A stretch of DNA of 62,974 nt, the filler included, from Octopus bimaculoides (Eukaryota): the NCBI RefSeq assembly GCF_001194135.2. It is 7 parts of 7 records of this genome, joined end to end, with 100 filler letters (N's around TTAATTAATTAA, not from the genome) between each part and the next. Parts side by side here need not be neighbours in the genome. Positions count along the whole stretch, not along the records: positions 48,218 to 62,974 come from NC_069009.1; 6 more parts are not named here. The stretch is one strand, 5' to 3'. The notes below the pieces were generated by a model. That model ran no database searches and was not told the DNA's origin. It saw only the letters and a program-made list of their open reading frames with translations. Position numbers and translations under genes: made by a program. Position 1 is the first letter of the stretch; every line of letters begins with the position of its first letter. This document shows, piece by piece, positions 51,167 through 62,362 of this stretch.

Positions 51167-54055
51167 ATGTCACCGATTCTTCTTCGGAGTCTCTGCTTAA
51201 TTTTTGTGATTTCCTCATTGACCAATCATATAACAGCTTCTACGATGACCCCATCGATTCCATCACACAGCGTCACAACTGCTGCTAGTGTTTCTGCTGC
51301 TGCTGCTTCTGCTGCTGTCGTTCCTTCTGATTCGTCACCGCGAACAATGGCGATGATAACAAGGACCCTGCAGCCTGACAAAGGGATTATTATGACTCGG
51401 CTTGCACCAACTGCTGAACTTCCGCCTCCTCAACAGACATCAACCGATTCCTTGCAGGGTTCAGGGTTGATCAACTCCAAGATGGATGACCTGACATTGT
51501 CGAAGCCAACGAAATGTTTGACAAACGTTAGCAGGCAGGGAACAATGCCAGGCAAGGTTTTCTCCCCTGAGGATAGCTTCAGTTCTCTGAGAGAAACAGA
51601 GAGAGATTTGGACGAAATGAACTCAAGTGCTATCCAAAGTGACAATAGTGATGCTTTGTCAAAAGAAAATACCTCCAGCTTTAAGAGACGAGCAACCAAA
51701 AATCATAGCAAAATGAATGCAAGTGTTTTCAAAGCAGACGAGAGTGACGTAACACCTCAAACACATAGACTTAGTTACAAGAGACAAACAGATAGAACCC
51801 CTGATAAAAATGACACGGGTTTGCTCCAACGAGACCATACTGATAATATATCACATACAAATAACTCCATTTTCGATGGACAAACAGACATACATCTTGA
51901 TAAGAACAGCACAGATGTTTCCCAAAGTGGACATACAAACATTACACCACAGGCAAATGATTCTGTTTACAAGAGACGAACAGACAGACATTTCAATAAA
52001 AATGACACAGTTGCTTTCCGAAGAGACTATACTGACAATATTCCAAATGCAAATGGCTCCATTTCCAAGAGAAAAACAGACAGACATCTCAACGGAAATG
52101 ATACAGATGTCTTCCAAAAAAATCATACTGGTGCTATATCACATGCAAATGGCTCTGCTTATGAGAGACAAACAGACAGACATTTCACTAAAAACGACAC
52201 ACGTGTTTTCCAAAGAAACCAAACTGACATTGCCCCACAAACAAATGTCTCTAATTACAAGACACAAACAGACAGACACTTCCATAAAAATGACACAAGC
52301 ATTTTCCAAACAGACCAAACTGATATTGCCCCACATACAAATGGCTCTGGTTACGAGAGACAAACTGATAGACACATTAATAAAAACAACACAGATAACT
52401 TCCAAAGAGAAAATACTAGCGTTATATTGCATGGAAACAGTTCTGACTATGAGGGACTAACAGACAGACATTTGAATAAAAACAACTCAGATATTTCCCA
52501 AAGAGACAAAAGTAACATTGTACTTCAGTCAAAGAACTTCGGTTATAAGTGGAAAGCAAACCAAAGCCTCAATATAAAGGACGTTAAAGTTTTCCTGGCA
52601 GATGACAGTAATGTAACTCCGAGAACAAATTCTTCAGGTTACAAGAGATGGCATGATGAGAGATCCAGTAAAATAAATGCTGTTATTTCTGATATGAATA
52701 CCTCCAAAAGTCTATCAGTAGCGAATTTTACAAGTTACAGGAAATGGATAACCAACAAAATCCTTGGTAGAGATAATACTGCTTTTTTTCCGAAGGCCAT
52801 ATCTAATAATAGAAACGCAACAAATGACTCCAGTGATGGTGGAAGGTTTAGCAAAGAAGATGTGGGTGTTTTCAAAACAGATCCCTTCAGAAGTTTGCCC
52901 TCAACTACGGTGAGAGATGGTGTAAACCCGACAAGTCCCCTTGAAAAGTTACCTTCAACAACAGAGAGAAGACGCTTATATCAGAACAACTCCCATAAAG
53001 ATTTTCCCTCTGCAACACAGAGAGAAAGTGTATACGAGACGAGCCCCCTTAAAGATATACCCTCAACAACAGAAAGAAGAAGTATACATCAAATAAATCT
53101 CCTTAAAGAGTTACCTTCAACAACAGAGAGAGGAGGCTCACATCCGACGGAATCCTACGATGGTTTGTCCTCAGCAGTAAAAATAAGTGATATGCATCAG
53201 TCAAACTCTCTTGAAGGTTTGCCAACCCCAGCAGAAGGAAGAAGAGAACATCAGACAAACGTTCTTCATGGTTTACCCATTACGGAGAGGGGAATTCAGC
53301 CATTAACGAAGAACGAGAGATCTTATTCGCATTCCAAACTTTCGAGAGAAGACGACACTTTTCGTGATAGCACACATGCGTATGATGCGCAGCAATTTCT
53401 GTCATTTAGACATGCTAATAGAACTTCCATTGGTGACCCTCCAGACGACATCAGTGAACGGAAAAGAGAAGGGGTAGGAATAGAAGGAGAGCAAGAAGAA
53501 GAAGACGAAGATGAAGACGAGTCGGGAGATGGAAGTGAAGGAGAATTTGGGCAAAAGAGTTTTATATACAATTCTAGCAACACTTCGATAGAGTCGGACA
53601 TAATTCAAAGCGATACAGGCGCTTGGACGACGAGGGACAAATTGGATGCTCCAAATGTGATCCGTCTGGGTTATTTGACTGGCTCCCAGACCAGAACAAT
53701 GAGAAGAGAGAACAGCAATATATACAGGCGTAGCATTAGCAGTGGTAGTAGTACCAGTAGTAGTAGTAGTAGTAGTAATAGTAAAAGACGTGGAGATGAA
53801 TATTATCGAAGGCCAGGCCAGGCAATTTCTGGAGCTCTGAGCCTAGCGGTGGCCGAGATCAATAGTAACCCATCAATACTTCCCGAACACCGACTGGAAT
53901 TCATACCACAGGAGACTTACGGTGAGGAATCGGAAAGCATTCGTAAAACGACGCTGCTGCTCGATGCCAACATTTCAGCTTACATTGGTCCCCAAGAGAC
54001 ATGCTTATATGAGGCCAGAATTGCCGCTGTCTTCAATGTACCGATGTTGTCCTAT
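51167..54055 (+). CDS. Gyc32E: Receptor guanylyl cyclase (Gyc32E-like), coding exon 1: signal peptide, ~800-aa repeat-rich extension, start of ANF-receptor domain (exon begins at acceptor 50991)
   Basis: MSPILLRSLCLIFVISSLTNHITAS signal-like start. IRLGYLTGSQ..RRPGQAISGALSLAVAEIN..ETYGEESESIR..SAYIGPQETCLYEARIAAVFNVPMLSY matches my recollection of the Gyc32E ectodomain. Donor GTGAGT at 54056, phase 0. Orthology is from memory, not a search. Confidence 0.88.
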
Positions 54056-54542
54056 GTGAGTATATGGTTTATTACACCGTTTTCTATTTTTGCACAAACC
54101 ATTTGCAAAATTGGTTATAGAACTAGATACTAATAGATTTAAATTGAGGAGTTTACGAAATTGCAGTTAGATTATTTATTTATGATGAAGCTCGCTCTTA
54201 AAAAGCGTTTTTTTTTCTTTTTGAAAAGCGTTAGCAATTATAAAAATTTTCAATTGCTATTTTTCGTGAGATATTTGAGAAGATATGTCAATCTGATGAA
54301 ATTTCATTATATTTAAACGGTGTTTTATTATTCTTGAAAAACTTGTTTTTATTAATGGAGTGGAAACAGCTGTAATTTATGAGATGTGTCATTTGTTTCT
54401 ATAAAATAATTAAATTGAATTTAATTTATCATTTAAAGATTAAATTATCAAATTATTTAATTGTTCAATTTATTGTTTTGGTTTCTATTTCTTATATATA
54501 TATCTATATATATATAATATTGTACATCTATATCTTTTCAAG

Positions 54543-54725
54543 TATTGCTCAGACTACACAGTCAGTGACAAACAGCGGTACCCAACCTTCATCCGGACCA
54601 AACCCACAGAGGCCCAAATCTCCCAGAGTGTCGCCTCTCTCTTATTGACCTTCCAGTGGACAAAGGTCACTTTTGTCTACTCAGATGAAATGGAGTTCCA
54701 GTTCACAGCTGAGGCTATTGTCAAG
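54543..54725 (+). CDS. Gyc32E: Receptor guanylyl cyclase coding exon 2
   Basis: ttttcaAG|YCSDYTVSDKQRYPTFIRTKPTEAQISQSVASLLLTFQWTKVTFVYSDEMEFQFTAEAIVK|GTtagt; 183 nt, phase 0-0. Missed by the ORF track. Confidence 0.92.
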
Positions 54726-55251
54726 GTTAGTAACTAACACCATTTTCTGAATTCCTAGTTTTGGCTGTGTGGTTCTAGGTTCGATCCCACTGTGCAACAA
54801 ATTGGGTAATTTTTGTTTTTGCTTTTAGAATTTGATGAGGGCGGGATTGGTTAGTCATAGGAAGAAGGGCAGTGTTTGTTTGACTTTTTTTAAGGGCTTT
54901 TTTGGAAAGAGGTGGAAGGAGAAAGAAATTTACTCTACGCATAAGCATATAATATTATATCATATTACACATGCATGCGCACACACATATACATACATGC
55001 ATACACACACACACTCATATACACATACATTCATATATCATATATCGAGGCTATCTTTACTATTTTGTACTATTTTGGCCATTCGTTATGTAACTAAAGT
55101 TAGGTTGAGTAAAATTCAATATCCTTTCTTGCGTCACGTAATTATTATATATATATATATATGGGAGAATTCACGAAAAGACAACAGACGAAGACAGGTG
55201 GTGTAAACAACAAATGGACGTATTAGTATAACACTCGGGAATAGAGAAAGT

Positions 55252-55287
55252 CTTTAACGTTTCGAGCCTATGCTCTTCAATAGAAAG
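55252..55287 (-). ncRNA. Hammerhead remnant with mutated core (same family as 29727 and 32088), in cyclase intron 2
   Basis: TTT-CTATTGA-A-GAGC-ATAG-GCTC-GAAAC-GTT-AAAG; the CUGANGA core is broken. Confidence 0.6.
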
Positions 55288-55347
55288 GAACACAGAAAGA
55301 AACAAGGAGAGAAAAAAATATGTGCAGTGGTCAGCGATCTATCATGG

Positions 55348-55389
<42 letters not shown>

Positions 55390-55647
55390 NNNNNNNNNNN
55401 NNNNNNNNNNNNNNNNNNNNNNNNNNNNNNNNNNNNNNNNNNNNNNNNNNNNNNNNNNNNNNNNNNNNNNNNNNNNNNNNNNNNNNNNNNNNNNNNNNNN
55501 NNNNNNNNNNNNNNNNNNNNNNNNNNNNNNNNNNNNNNCAATTAAATAAGTACCAGTTACGCATTGGGGTCGATATAATCGACTTAATCCCTTTGTCTGT
55601 CCTTGTTTGTCCCTTCTATGTTTAGCCCCTTGTGGGCAATAAAGAAT

Positions 55648-55686
<39 letters not shown>

Positions 55687-55731
55687 TCACACACACACAC
55701 ACTCTCTCTTTTTCTTGTTCTGTGTTTGCAG

Positions 55732-55852
55732 CTGCTCGAAGCTAACAATATAGCGGTGACCCAGCAGGAGATGTATGACGGCCCCTACTTCCACAATCAC
55801 GTGGAGAACCCTTTTGCAGACATTGTCTCGCGGACCTACGTGGACACACGGA
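55732..55852 (+). CDS. Gyc32E: Receptor guanylyl cyclase coding exon 3
   Basis: tttgcAG|LLEANNIAVTQQEMYDGPYFHNHVENPFADIVSRTYVDTR-A|GTaagt; 121 nt, phase 0-1. Confidence 0.92.
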
Positions 55853-56522
55853 GTAAGTCCATCATCATTGCTACCGTCATCATTGTCATCACCACCACCC
55901 TCCGCCACCTCCTCCTCCTCCTCATCATCACAACCACCACCATCATCACTATCATCATCATCACTATCATCATCATCACTATCATCATCATCACCATATC
56001 ATTGTTACCATTTTCGTCATTGTCACCACCACAATCAACAATACTTTCACTACTACCACCATCACCGNNNNNNNNNNNNNNNNNNNNNNNNNNNNNNNNN
56101 NNNNNNNNNNNNNNNNNNNNNNNNNNNNNNNNNNNNNNNNNNNNNNNNNNNNNNNNNNNNNNNNNNNNNNNNNNNNNNNNNNNNNNNNNNNNNNNNNNNN
56201 NNNNNNNNNNNNNNNNNNNNNNNNNNNNNNNNNNNNNNNNNNNNNNNNNNNNNNNNNNNNNNNNNNNNNNNNNNNNNNNNNNNNNNNNNNNNNNNNNNNN
56301 NNNNNNNNNNNNNNNNNNNNNNNNNNNNNNNNNNNNNNNNNNNNNNNNNNNNNNNNNNNNNNNNNNNNNNNNNNNNNNNNNNNNNNNNNNNNNNNNNNNN
56401 NNNNNNNNNNNNNNNNNNNNNNNNNNNNNNNNNNNNNNNNNNNNNNNNNNNNNNNNNNNTACTTCCACCATCACCACCACCACCACCACCACCACCACTA
56501 CTACTACCACCACCACTACCAT

Positions 56523-56553
<31 letters not shown>

Positions 56554-56585
56554 TCCACCATCACCACCACCAGCAACAACAACAT

Positions 56586-56616
<31 letters not shown>

Positions 56617-56650
56617 GCTGCTGTTGTTACTGCTACTGTTACCATTTCAG

Positions 56651-56797
56651 TCTATGTGATGCTGGGCCAGTCGTACGACTTTGTTGGCCTGATGTCGAAC
56701 CTGTACGAGAGAGGATTGCTGGACAGTGGAGAGTATTTCGTTGTTGGCGTCTATTTGGATTATTATGATTACAGCAACCCAGCCAAGTACCTTGCGG
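56651..56797 (+). CDS. Gyc32E: Receptor guanylyl cyclase coding exon 4
   Basis: tttcAG|(I)YVMLGQSYDFVGLMSNLYERGLLDSGEYFVVGVYLDYYDYSNPAKYLA-G|GTaagt; 147 nt, phase 1-1. Confidence 0.92.
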
Positions 56798-57713
56798 GTA
56801 AGTATATGGTACCTCCCCACTGGCGTAGGTAGGGGGGAGGCGCTAGGGGTGGCACCTTTAAAGGGGCACCACTTTTGGGTCTGCTGTAGGCAATATGTGT
56901 CCTTTTGTGGGGTACGGGGGTGGCAAATGTAAGGGGCGGCACATGCTCTAGCTACGCTAGTGTGCCTCCCCGCCTGCTGTACCTTGTGATGTATGTATCT
57001 ATGTGAGTCTGTGTGTGTGTGTATGGGATTGCTTACTATATTATTTGTATCCGTGCTGTTTATATAGATAGATTTTTTCGTTTGTTTACTTATTTTTCTC
57101 TATTTCTTATATTTCATCGTAAGTATGTGCATGTTTGTCTTTTGTGCGTGTATTATACCGTTTGTATCTGTGCCTGTTTTTTTCTGTCTTTTGTCATCGT
57201 GTTGCATTGTGTGGTGGTGGGTGTTATTATTCTATTTGTGTTTTCTGTTGAAGCTCAGTCTGTCTATATTCCTATGTGCGTGGCATCCGTGATTTGTCTA
57301 AGCGTCGTATCTGTTCTATGCATTAATAATGCACTGAGAGACATGACACTTAGACACACATACACATACATACATACACATATACACACACATCCAAACA
57401 CATACACACACATATACACACACATAGAAACACATACACAAACACATACACACACACACATACACACACATACACACACGTACACACACATACACAAACA
57501 GACACACATACACACACATACATGCACATATACGCACACATATACATAGACACATGCACACATACAAACATACAAACACACATATACACACACAGCTGCA
57601 CACCTACCCATGCACCCCTACAACCAGTTACCCACCTCTTCCCGCTACCCACCTCTTCCCGCTACCCTCTGTATTCTTCATATTTTACTGTTTTACTGGG
57701 TTTTTTTTCTCAG

Positions 57714-57895
57714 GTACGTTTGTGTTCCAAAACCTTGATCTTATCGCCGTGGCATTCAAATATTACATAGGGGTGATCCACTCGAGCCCTATGTACCCTG
57801 AATATACCCAGTTCACTGAGCAAGTGAACCGCTACCTTCAGCTGCCGCCTTTCAACCACCACAACCCCTACGATGCGATCAATATAAATAAGATC
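57714..57895 (+). CDS. Gyc32E: Receptor guanylyl cyclase coding exon 5
   Basis: ttttctcAG|(G)TFVFQNLDLIAVAFKYYIGVIHSSPMYPEYTQFTEQVNRYLQLPPFNHHNPYDAININKI|GTaagt; 182 nt, phase 1-0. Confidence 0.9.
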
Positions 57896-58331
57896 GTAAG
57901 TATTCAATCATATCACCACTGCCATCATTGTTTGACATCATCATGAACATCATCATCATCACTACCACCACCACCACCACCAATACCACCGCCATCATCA
58001 TCATCATCATTGTCATCGTCGTCGTCATTGTCGTCATCATGATCAAAATCATCATCATCATCATCATTATCATCAGCCTCACCACCACCAGCATCATCAT
58101 CACCATCATCATTCTCATCCCTATGCTACTGGTAAAAATATTTGTTGATCACGCATGTGCCTTGTTTTAATAGTACACTGTTATATTAGGGAAAGTCTCA
58201 GTACTTACTATAGTGACAACACTACCTATCTGTCTACCTTTCACATACATACACATTCTCTCGACAACAACTACTCACACTATAGTGAAAGCCTTTTTTA
58301 AAAGTCTGTGTTGCATTTTCTCTTTGCTGAA

Positions 58332-58366
<35 letters not shown>

Positions 58367-58498
58367 CACGCACACACACATATGCAAACAAACAACTCAA
58401 AATAATAACTATATTGCTAAATAGTGAAAGTGTTTTTTCTTGAAGTCTGTTTTCACTTTCACACATTGCCATTTTGTTTTTCCTTTTCCGGTCTGCAG

Positions 58499-58634
58499 TT
58501 ACGACCCGAAGCAGCATACCTGTACGATGCAGTGAAACTGTATGCAGACGCAGCCCACCTGGCCTGGAAGGAGGGTCAAGCGGTGGACAACGGGCAGGAG
58601 ATCTTCAACAGGATTCAGAAAAGGACATTCAAAA
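58499..58634 (+). CDS. Gyc32E: Receptor guanylyl cyclase coding exon 6
   Basis: ctgcAG|LRPEAAYLYDAVKLYADAAHLAWKEGQAVDNGQEIFNRIQKRTFK-A|GTaaga; 136 nt; AYLYDAV is the ANF-receptor motif. Confidence 0.93.
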
Positions 58635-58639
58635 GTAAG

Positions 58640-59086
58640 ACCCCACCACCACTCTTTTGCCAAGCCGCTAAGTTACAGGGATGTAAACACACCAGTATCG
58701 ATTATCAAACGATGTTGGGGGGACAAACACAGACACACAAACACACATATATATATATACATATACATATATACGACGGGCTTCTTTCAGTTTCCGTCTA
58801 CCAAATCCACTCACAAGGCTTTGGTCAGCCCGAGGCTATAGCAGAAGACACTTGCACAAGGTGCTATGCAGTGGGACTGAACCCAGAACTATGTGGTTCG
58901 TAAGCAAGCTACTTACCACACAGCCACCCCTGGGCTTCTTTCAGTTTCCGTCTACCAAATCCACTCACAAGGCTTTGGTCAGCCCGAGGCTATAGCAGAA
59001 GACACTTGCACAAGGTGCTATGCAGTGGGACTGAACCCAGAACTATGTGGTTCGTAAGCAAGCTACTTACCACACAGCCACCCCTG
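58640..59086 (-). mobile_element. tRNA-derived SINE with exact 154-bp tandem duplication of its head half
   Basis: gggcttctttcag..cagccacccctg at 58778-58932 and 58932-59086. Confidence 0.8.
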
Positions 59087-59162
59087 TGCCTGATGTAACT
59101 ACTTTATATAAATCCCAACATCTCCATCGTATTTCCATATTTGTATCTCATTCATTTCACAG

Positions 59163-59311
59163 GTGCCAGTGGCCTATTCTTTCGTATAAACTCTGATGGT
59201 GATGTAGAAGGTAACTTTTCACTGGTGGCAAGGCGTTACACGAAAAGCAAGGGCTGGGGATTGTATCCTGTCGGGGTTTTCCTGCTAAGTGAAAATCTCA
59301 CGGGCCATCCG
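59163..59311 (+). CDS. Gyc32E: Receptor guanylyl cyclase coding exon 7
   Basis: tttcacAG|(S)ASGLFFRINSDGDVEGNFSLVARRYTKSKGWGLYPVGVFLLSENLTGHP|GTaagt; 149 nt, phase 1-0. Confidence 0.93.
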
Positions 59312-59605
59312 GTAAGTAAGCAAATCCTTTCTCAACTGACACCCATCTCTCATTTTTGCTTGGTATGCATTTGCACTATTTCTAATCAGCTGATTTATTG
59401 ATTAAAGGAGGAAAATGGGTATGACCGTTCTGAGGAGCAGGTAACAAGCCATGAAACAGTCTTTCAGGGCACTCCCTGCCTCTTAGTATTTACATTTTTG
59501 CTTAATCCACAGAAAAACTTTATTTTTGCATTTATTTCAGTTCTTCTGATTTACTGTGATGTGTAAGTATGTGTGTGTGTTTGTGTGGGTGGGTGTGGGT
59601 ATATG

Positions 59606-59646
<41 letters not shown>

Positions 59647-60124
59647 GAGATATTAATATTTCTAAGTTTCTCTAAAGGAGACTATGGCAGCGGTACTGGA
59701 AATTAATAAATTATCGCCAAGCCAACATGGCAGTTCCAAATATAGGACGAATGCTGCCGCGGATTAGCTACAAGAAGCCATCGCCTCTAGCTAGCTATGT
59801 GACACACGAATCTGTGTCCATTATAACCTTCGAACAGGGGAGGTCAGCAGCTTCCCCAGGTGAAACAAGTAAAAGAGTAAAAAAGAGTATATATATACTC
59901 TTTTTTACGTGCCAGTTATGAAACACTGGCATCGGCCATGACTACAATATGTGTGTGTTTACATACATACATAAAAAACTACCCTGCTGTTGATATTGAA
60001 ATTCCAATGAAGAAGCCATGGGTCTAGGTTAGAAACCAGCTCTTTCTCTATTGGCAAGAAATCTAGAAGTAAAATTGAATAATGGCATACATACATTCAT
60101 ATAGATATAGATATAGGTATACAG

Positions 60125-60285
60125 AATGGGCTTCTTTCAGTTTCCATCTACCAAATCCACTCACAAGGCTTTGGTCAGTCCAAGGCTATAATAGAAGACA
60201 TTTGCCCAAGGTGCCATGCAGTGGAATTGAACCCAGAACCATGTAGTTTGGGAGCAAGCTTTGTGCTACACTGCCATTCCTGCAC
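60125..60285 (-). mobile_element. tRNA-derived SINE head half
   Basis: atgggcttctttcagtttccatctaccaaatccactcacaaggc..gtggaattgaacccag. Confidence 0.75.
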
Positions 60286-60372
60286 ATACTGGATCAGAAT
60301 AGACCTGGGGTTAAACAGTAACAACAACAAAACTACATCTACTAAACTCTCATTCTCTCTCTCTCTCCATAG

Positions 60373-60481
60373 ACATTCCACCTGTATGAGGGCGAGAAAA
60401 TAATGTGGCCTGATGGGAAGGCACCTCCCCTTGATGAACCCCCATGTGGGTACAGAGGGGAGCGCTGTATCCCCCCCAAAA
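60373..60481 (+). CDS. Gyc32E: Receptor guanylyl cyclase coding exon 8 (juxtamembrane Cys region)
   Basis: ctccatAG|TFHLYEGEKIMWPDGKAPPLDEPPCGYRGERCIPPK-A|GTgagt; W..G..PPxDxPxCGxxGExC hallmark. Missed by the ORF track. Confidence 0.95.
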
Positions 60482-61354
60482 GTGAGTACCTTCAAAATAT
60501 TTCATAAAACATACTTTTGCATTTGTTTGTCCCCCTGCCGGGGTACATGTGTATAGGCAGACAAACTTCTTAACCTCATAGCTATTGCAGCTAATAATTA
60601 ATAATTGATAAATAATTAATATAAATGCATTAATTATTCATAGGCCAATAGACCATTAATTATTCATAGGACTATTTCCACAGTGGAAGGTTTTCTTATG
60701 TTCAAGTATACATAAATCTGTTAAATATGAATTCAAGGATAATTTTGACCCCCAAATAATATTTATGTGAGTTTTTGAATAGCTAAATATGTTTCCCACA
60801 TTGTAATTGCTTTAGCTTCGATGCTTGGTCTGAAATGAATTCACTTGTCAAGCAAGTACACCTCTGAATTAATAATATTTATTGTGAGCGAAACAGTTGT
60901 TGGGTACAATTAAATTAAGAACTGTATATGAATTTTATGCTTTTCTTCTTTTTATTCTAAAGTAGAGACCCATAAATTATGGTTTAATTCCCCTTTCTTC
61001 CTCCATTACTAGTGTAAGCGGTTCTGAAATAGCGAGGGAAGTTGCTGCCCTAACACATCAGTCTTAAGCATGAATGAAGAGACAGCAACAGAGATGCATC
61101 CCACAAAAAATTACCCTTCTTCCAATATTCCTTTCTGCTCTAGTCACAAGGCCCGAAATTTATGGGGAGTGGTGGGGGGGCCAGTACGCAACTGTTACTT
61201 AATTTATTGACCCTGAAAGGATAAAAGGCAAAGTCGACTGCGGAGGAATTTGAACTCAGAACGTAACAGCAGACAAAATACCTCTAAGCATTTTGCCCGG
61301 CGTGCTAACGATTCTGCCAGCTCACTGCCTCCCTTCTTCAAATGTTATAAGATG

Positions 61355-62310
61355 TAGCTTGAAGAGGATAAACTACCCCTATTTTGCAGAAAAAAGTGTA
61401 GGCGGCCAGCCATGAGTCTCATAGCTGGCCACCAACATTTTTTTCTGCAAAATAGGGGCAGCTTATCCTGTTCAGTCTATATTATTAGCATTATCCTGCG
61501 ATTGAGAATTTAAAAATCACTTCTTTAACTTTCTAAAACATCTCAACGCTTCTAAAAGCAAACTTCGTTTGTTTATTTACGTTTGTCGTAATTTGAATTT
61601 AACATATGAGAGCGTCTCATAAAGCGAGATTTCTGTACATCTTAAATTTGCAGAGGAATTTGTAGTGGGTAGTTTAGCTCAATCGGTCAGAGCATCGTGA
61701 CGCGTAATCACAGGGATGTGAGTTCGAGTCTACAGCTAGCCACCTACACTTTTTTCTGCAAAATAGGGGTAGTTTATCCTGTTCAGGCTATATTATTAGC
61801 ATTATTCTGCGATTGAGAATTTAAAATCACTTCTTTAACTTTCTAAGACATCTCAACGCTTCTAAAAGCAAATTTGGNNNNNNNNNNNNNNNNNNNNNNN
61901 NNNNNNNNNNNNNNNNNNNNNNNNNNNNNNNNNNNNNNNNNNNNNNNNNNNNNNNNNNNNNNNNNNNNNNNNNNNNNNNNNNNNNNNNNNNNNNNNNNNN
62001 NNNNNNNNNNNNNNNNNNNNNNNNNNNNNNNNNNNNNNNNNNNNNNNNNNNNNNNNNNNNNNNNNNNNNNNNNNNNNNNNNNNNNNNNNNNNNNNNNNNN
62101 NNNNNNNNNNNNNNNNNNNNNNNNNNNNNNNNNNNNTACAGCTAGCCACCTACACTTTTTTCTGCAAAATAGGGGTAGTTTATCCTGTTCAGGCTATATT
62201 ATTAGCATTATTCTGCGATTGAGAATTTAAAATCACTTCTTTAACTTTCTAAGACATCTCAACGCTTCTAAAAGCAAATTTGGTTTGTTTACGTTCATCG
62301 TAATTTGAAT
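61355..62310. repeat. ~311-bp tandem unit containing a tRNA-like sequence, preceded by an inverted copy
   Basis: ctgcaaaatagggg..gcgattgagaatttaaaa.. at 61445, 61756 and 62162; inverted arm 61355-61410 pairs with 61424-61480. Confidence 0.8.
61668..61742 (+). tRNA. tRNA-like pseudogene or SINE head (loop CGCGTAA, nominal CGT/Thr), followed by a T6 tract
   Basis: Box A TAGCTCAATCGG, D stem GCTC/GAGC, anticodon stem GTGA/TCAC, box B GTTCGAGTC, T6 at 61750-61755. U33 is missing and the acceptor and T stems are imperfect. Confidence 0.5.
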
Positions 62311-62362
62311 TTATTATAAGATGTATTTCTATATGGCCACATGATCTGTTTGTTTTTCACAG

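Noticed and set aside
61731-62283. Identical 147 bp on both sides of the gap counted as separate copies (likewise 26800-26960)
   Set aside because: Cannot be distinguished from a negative-gap assembly duplication.
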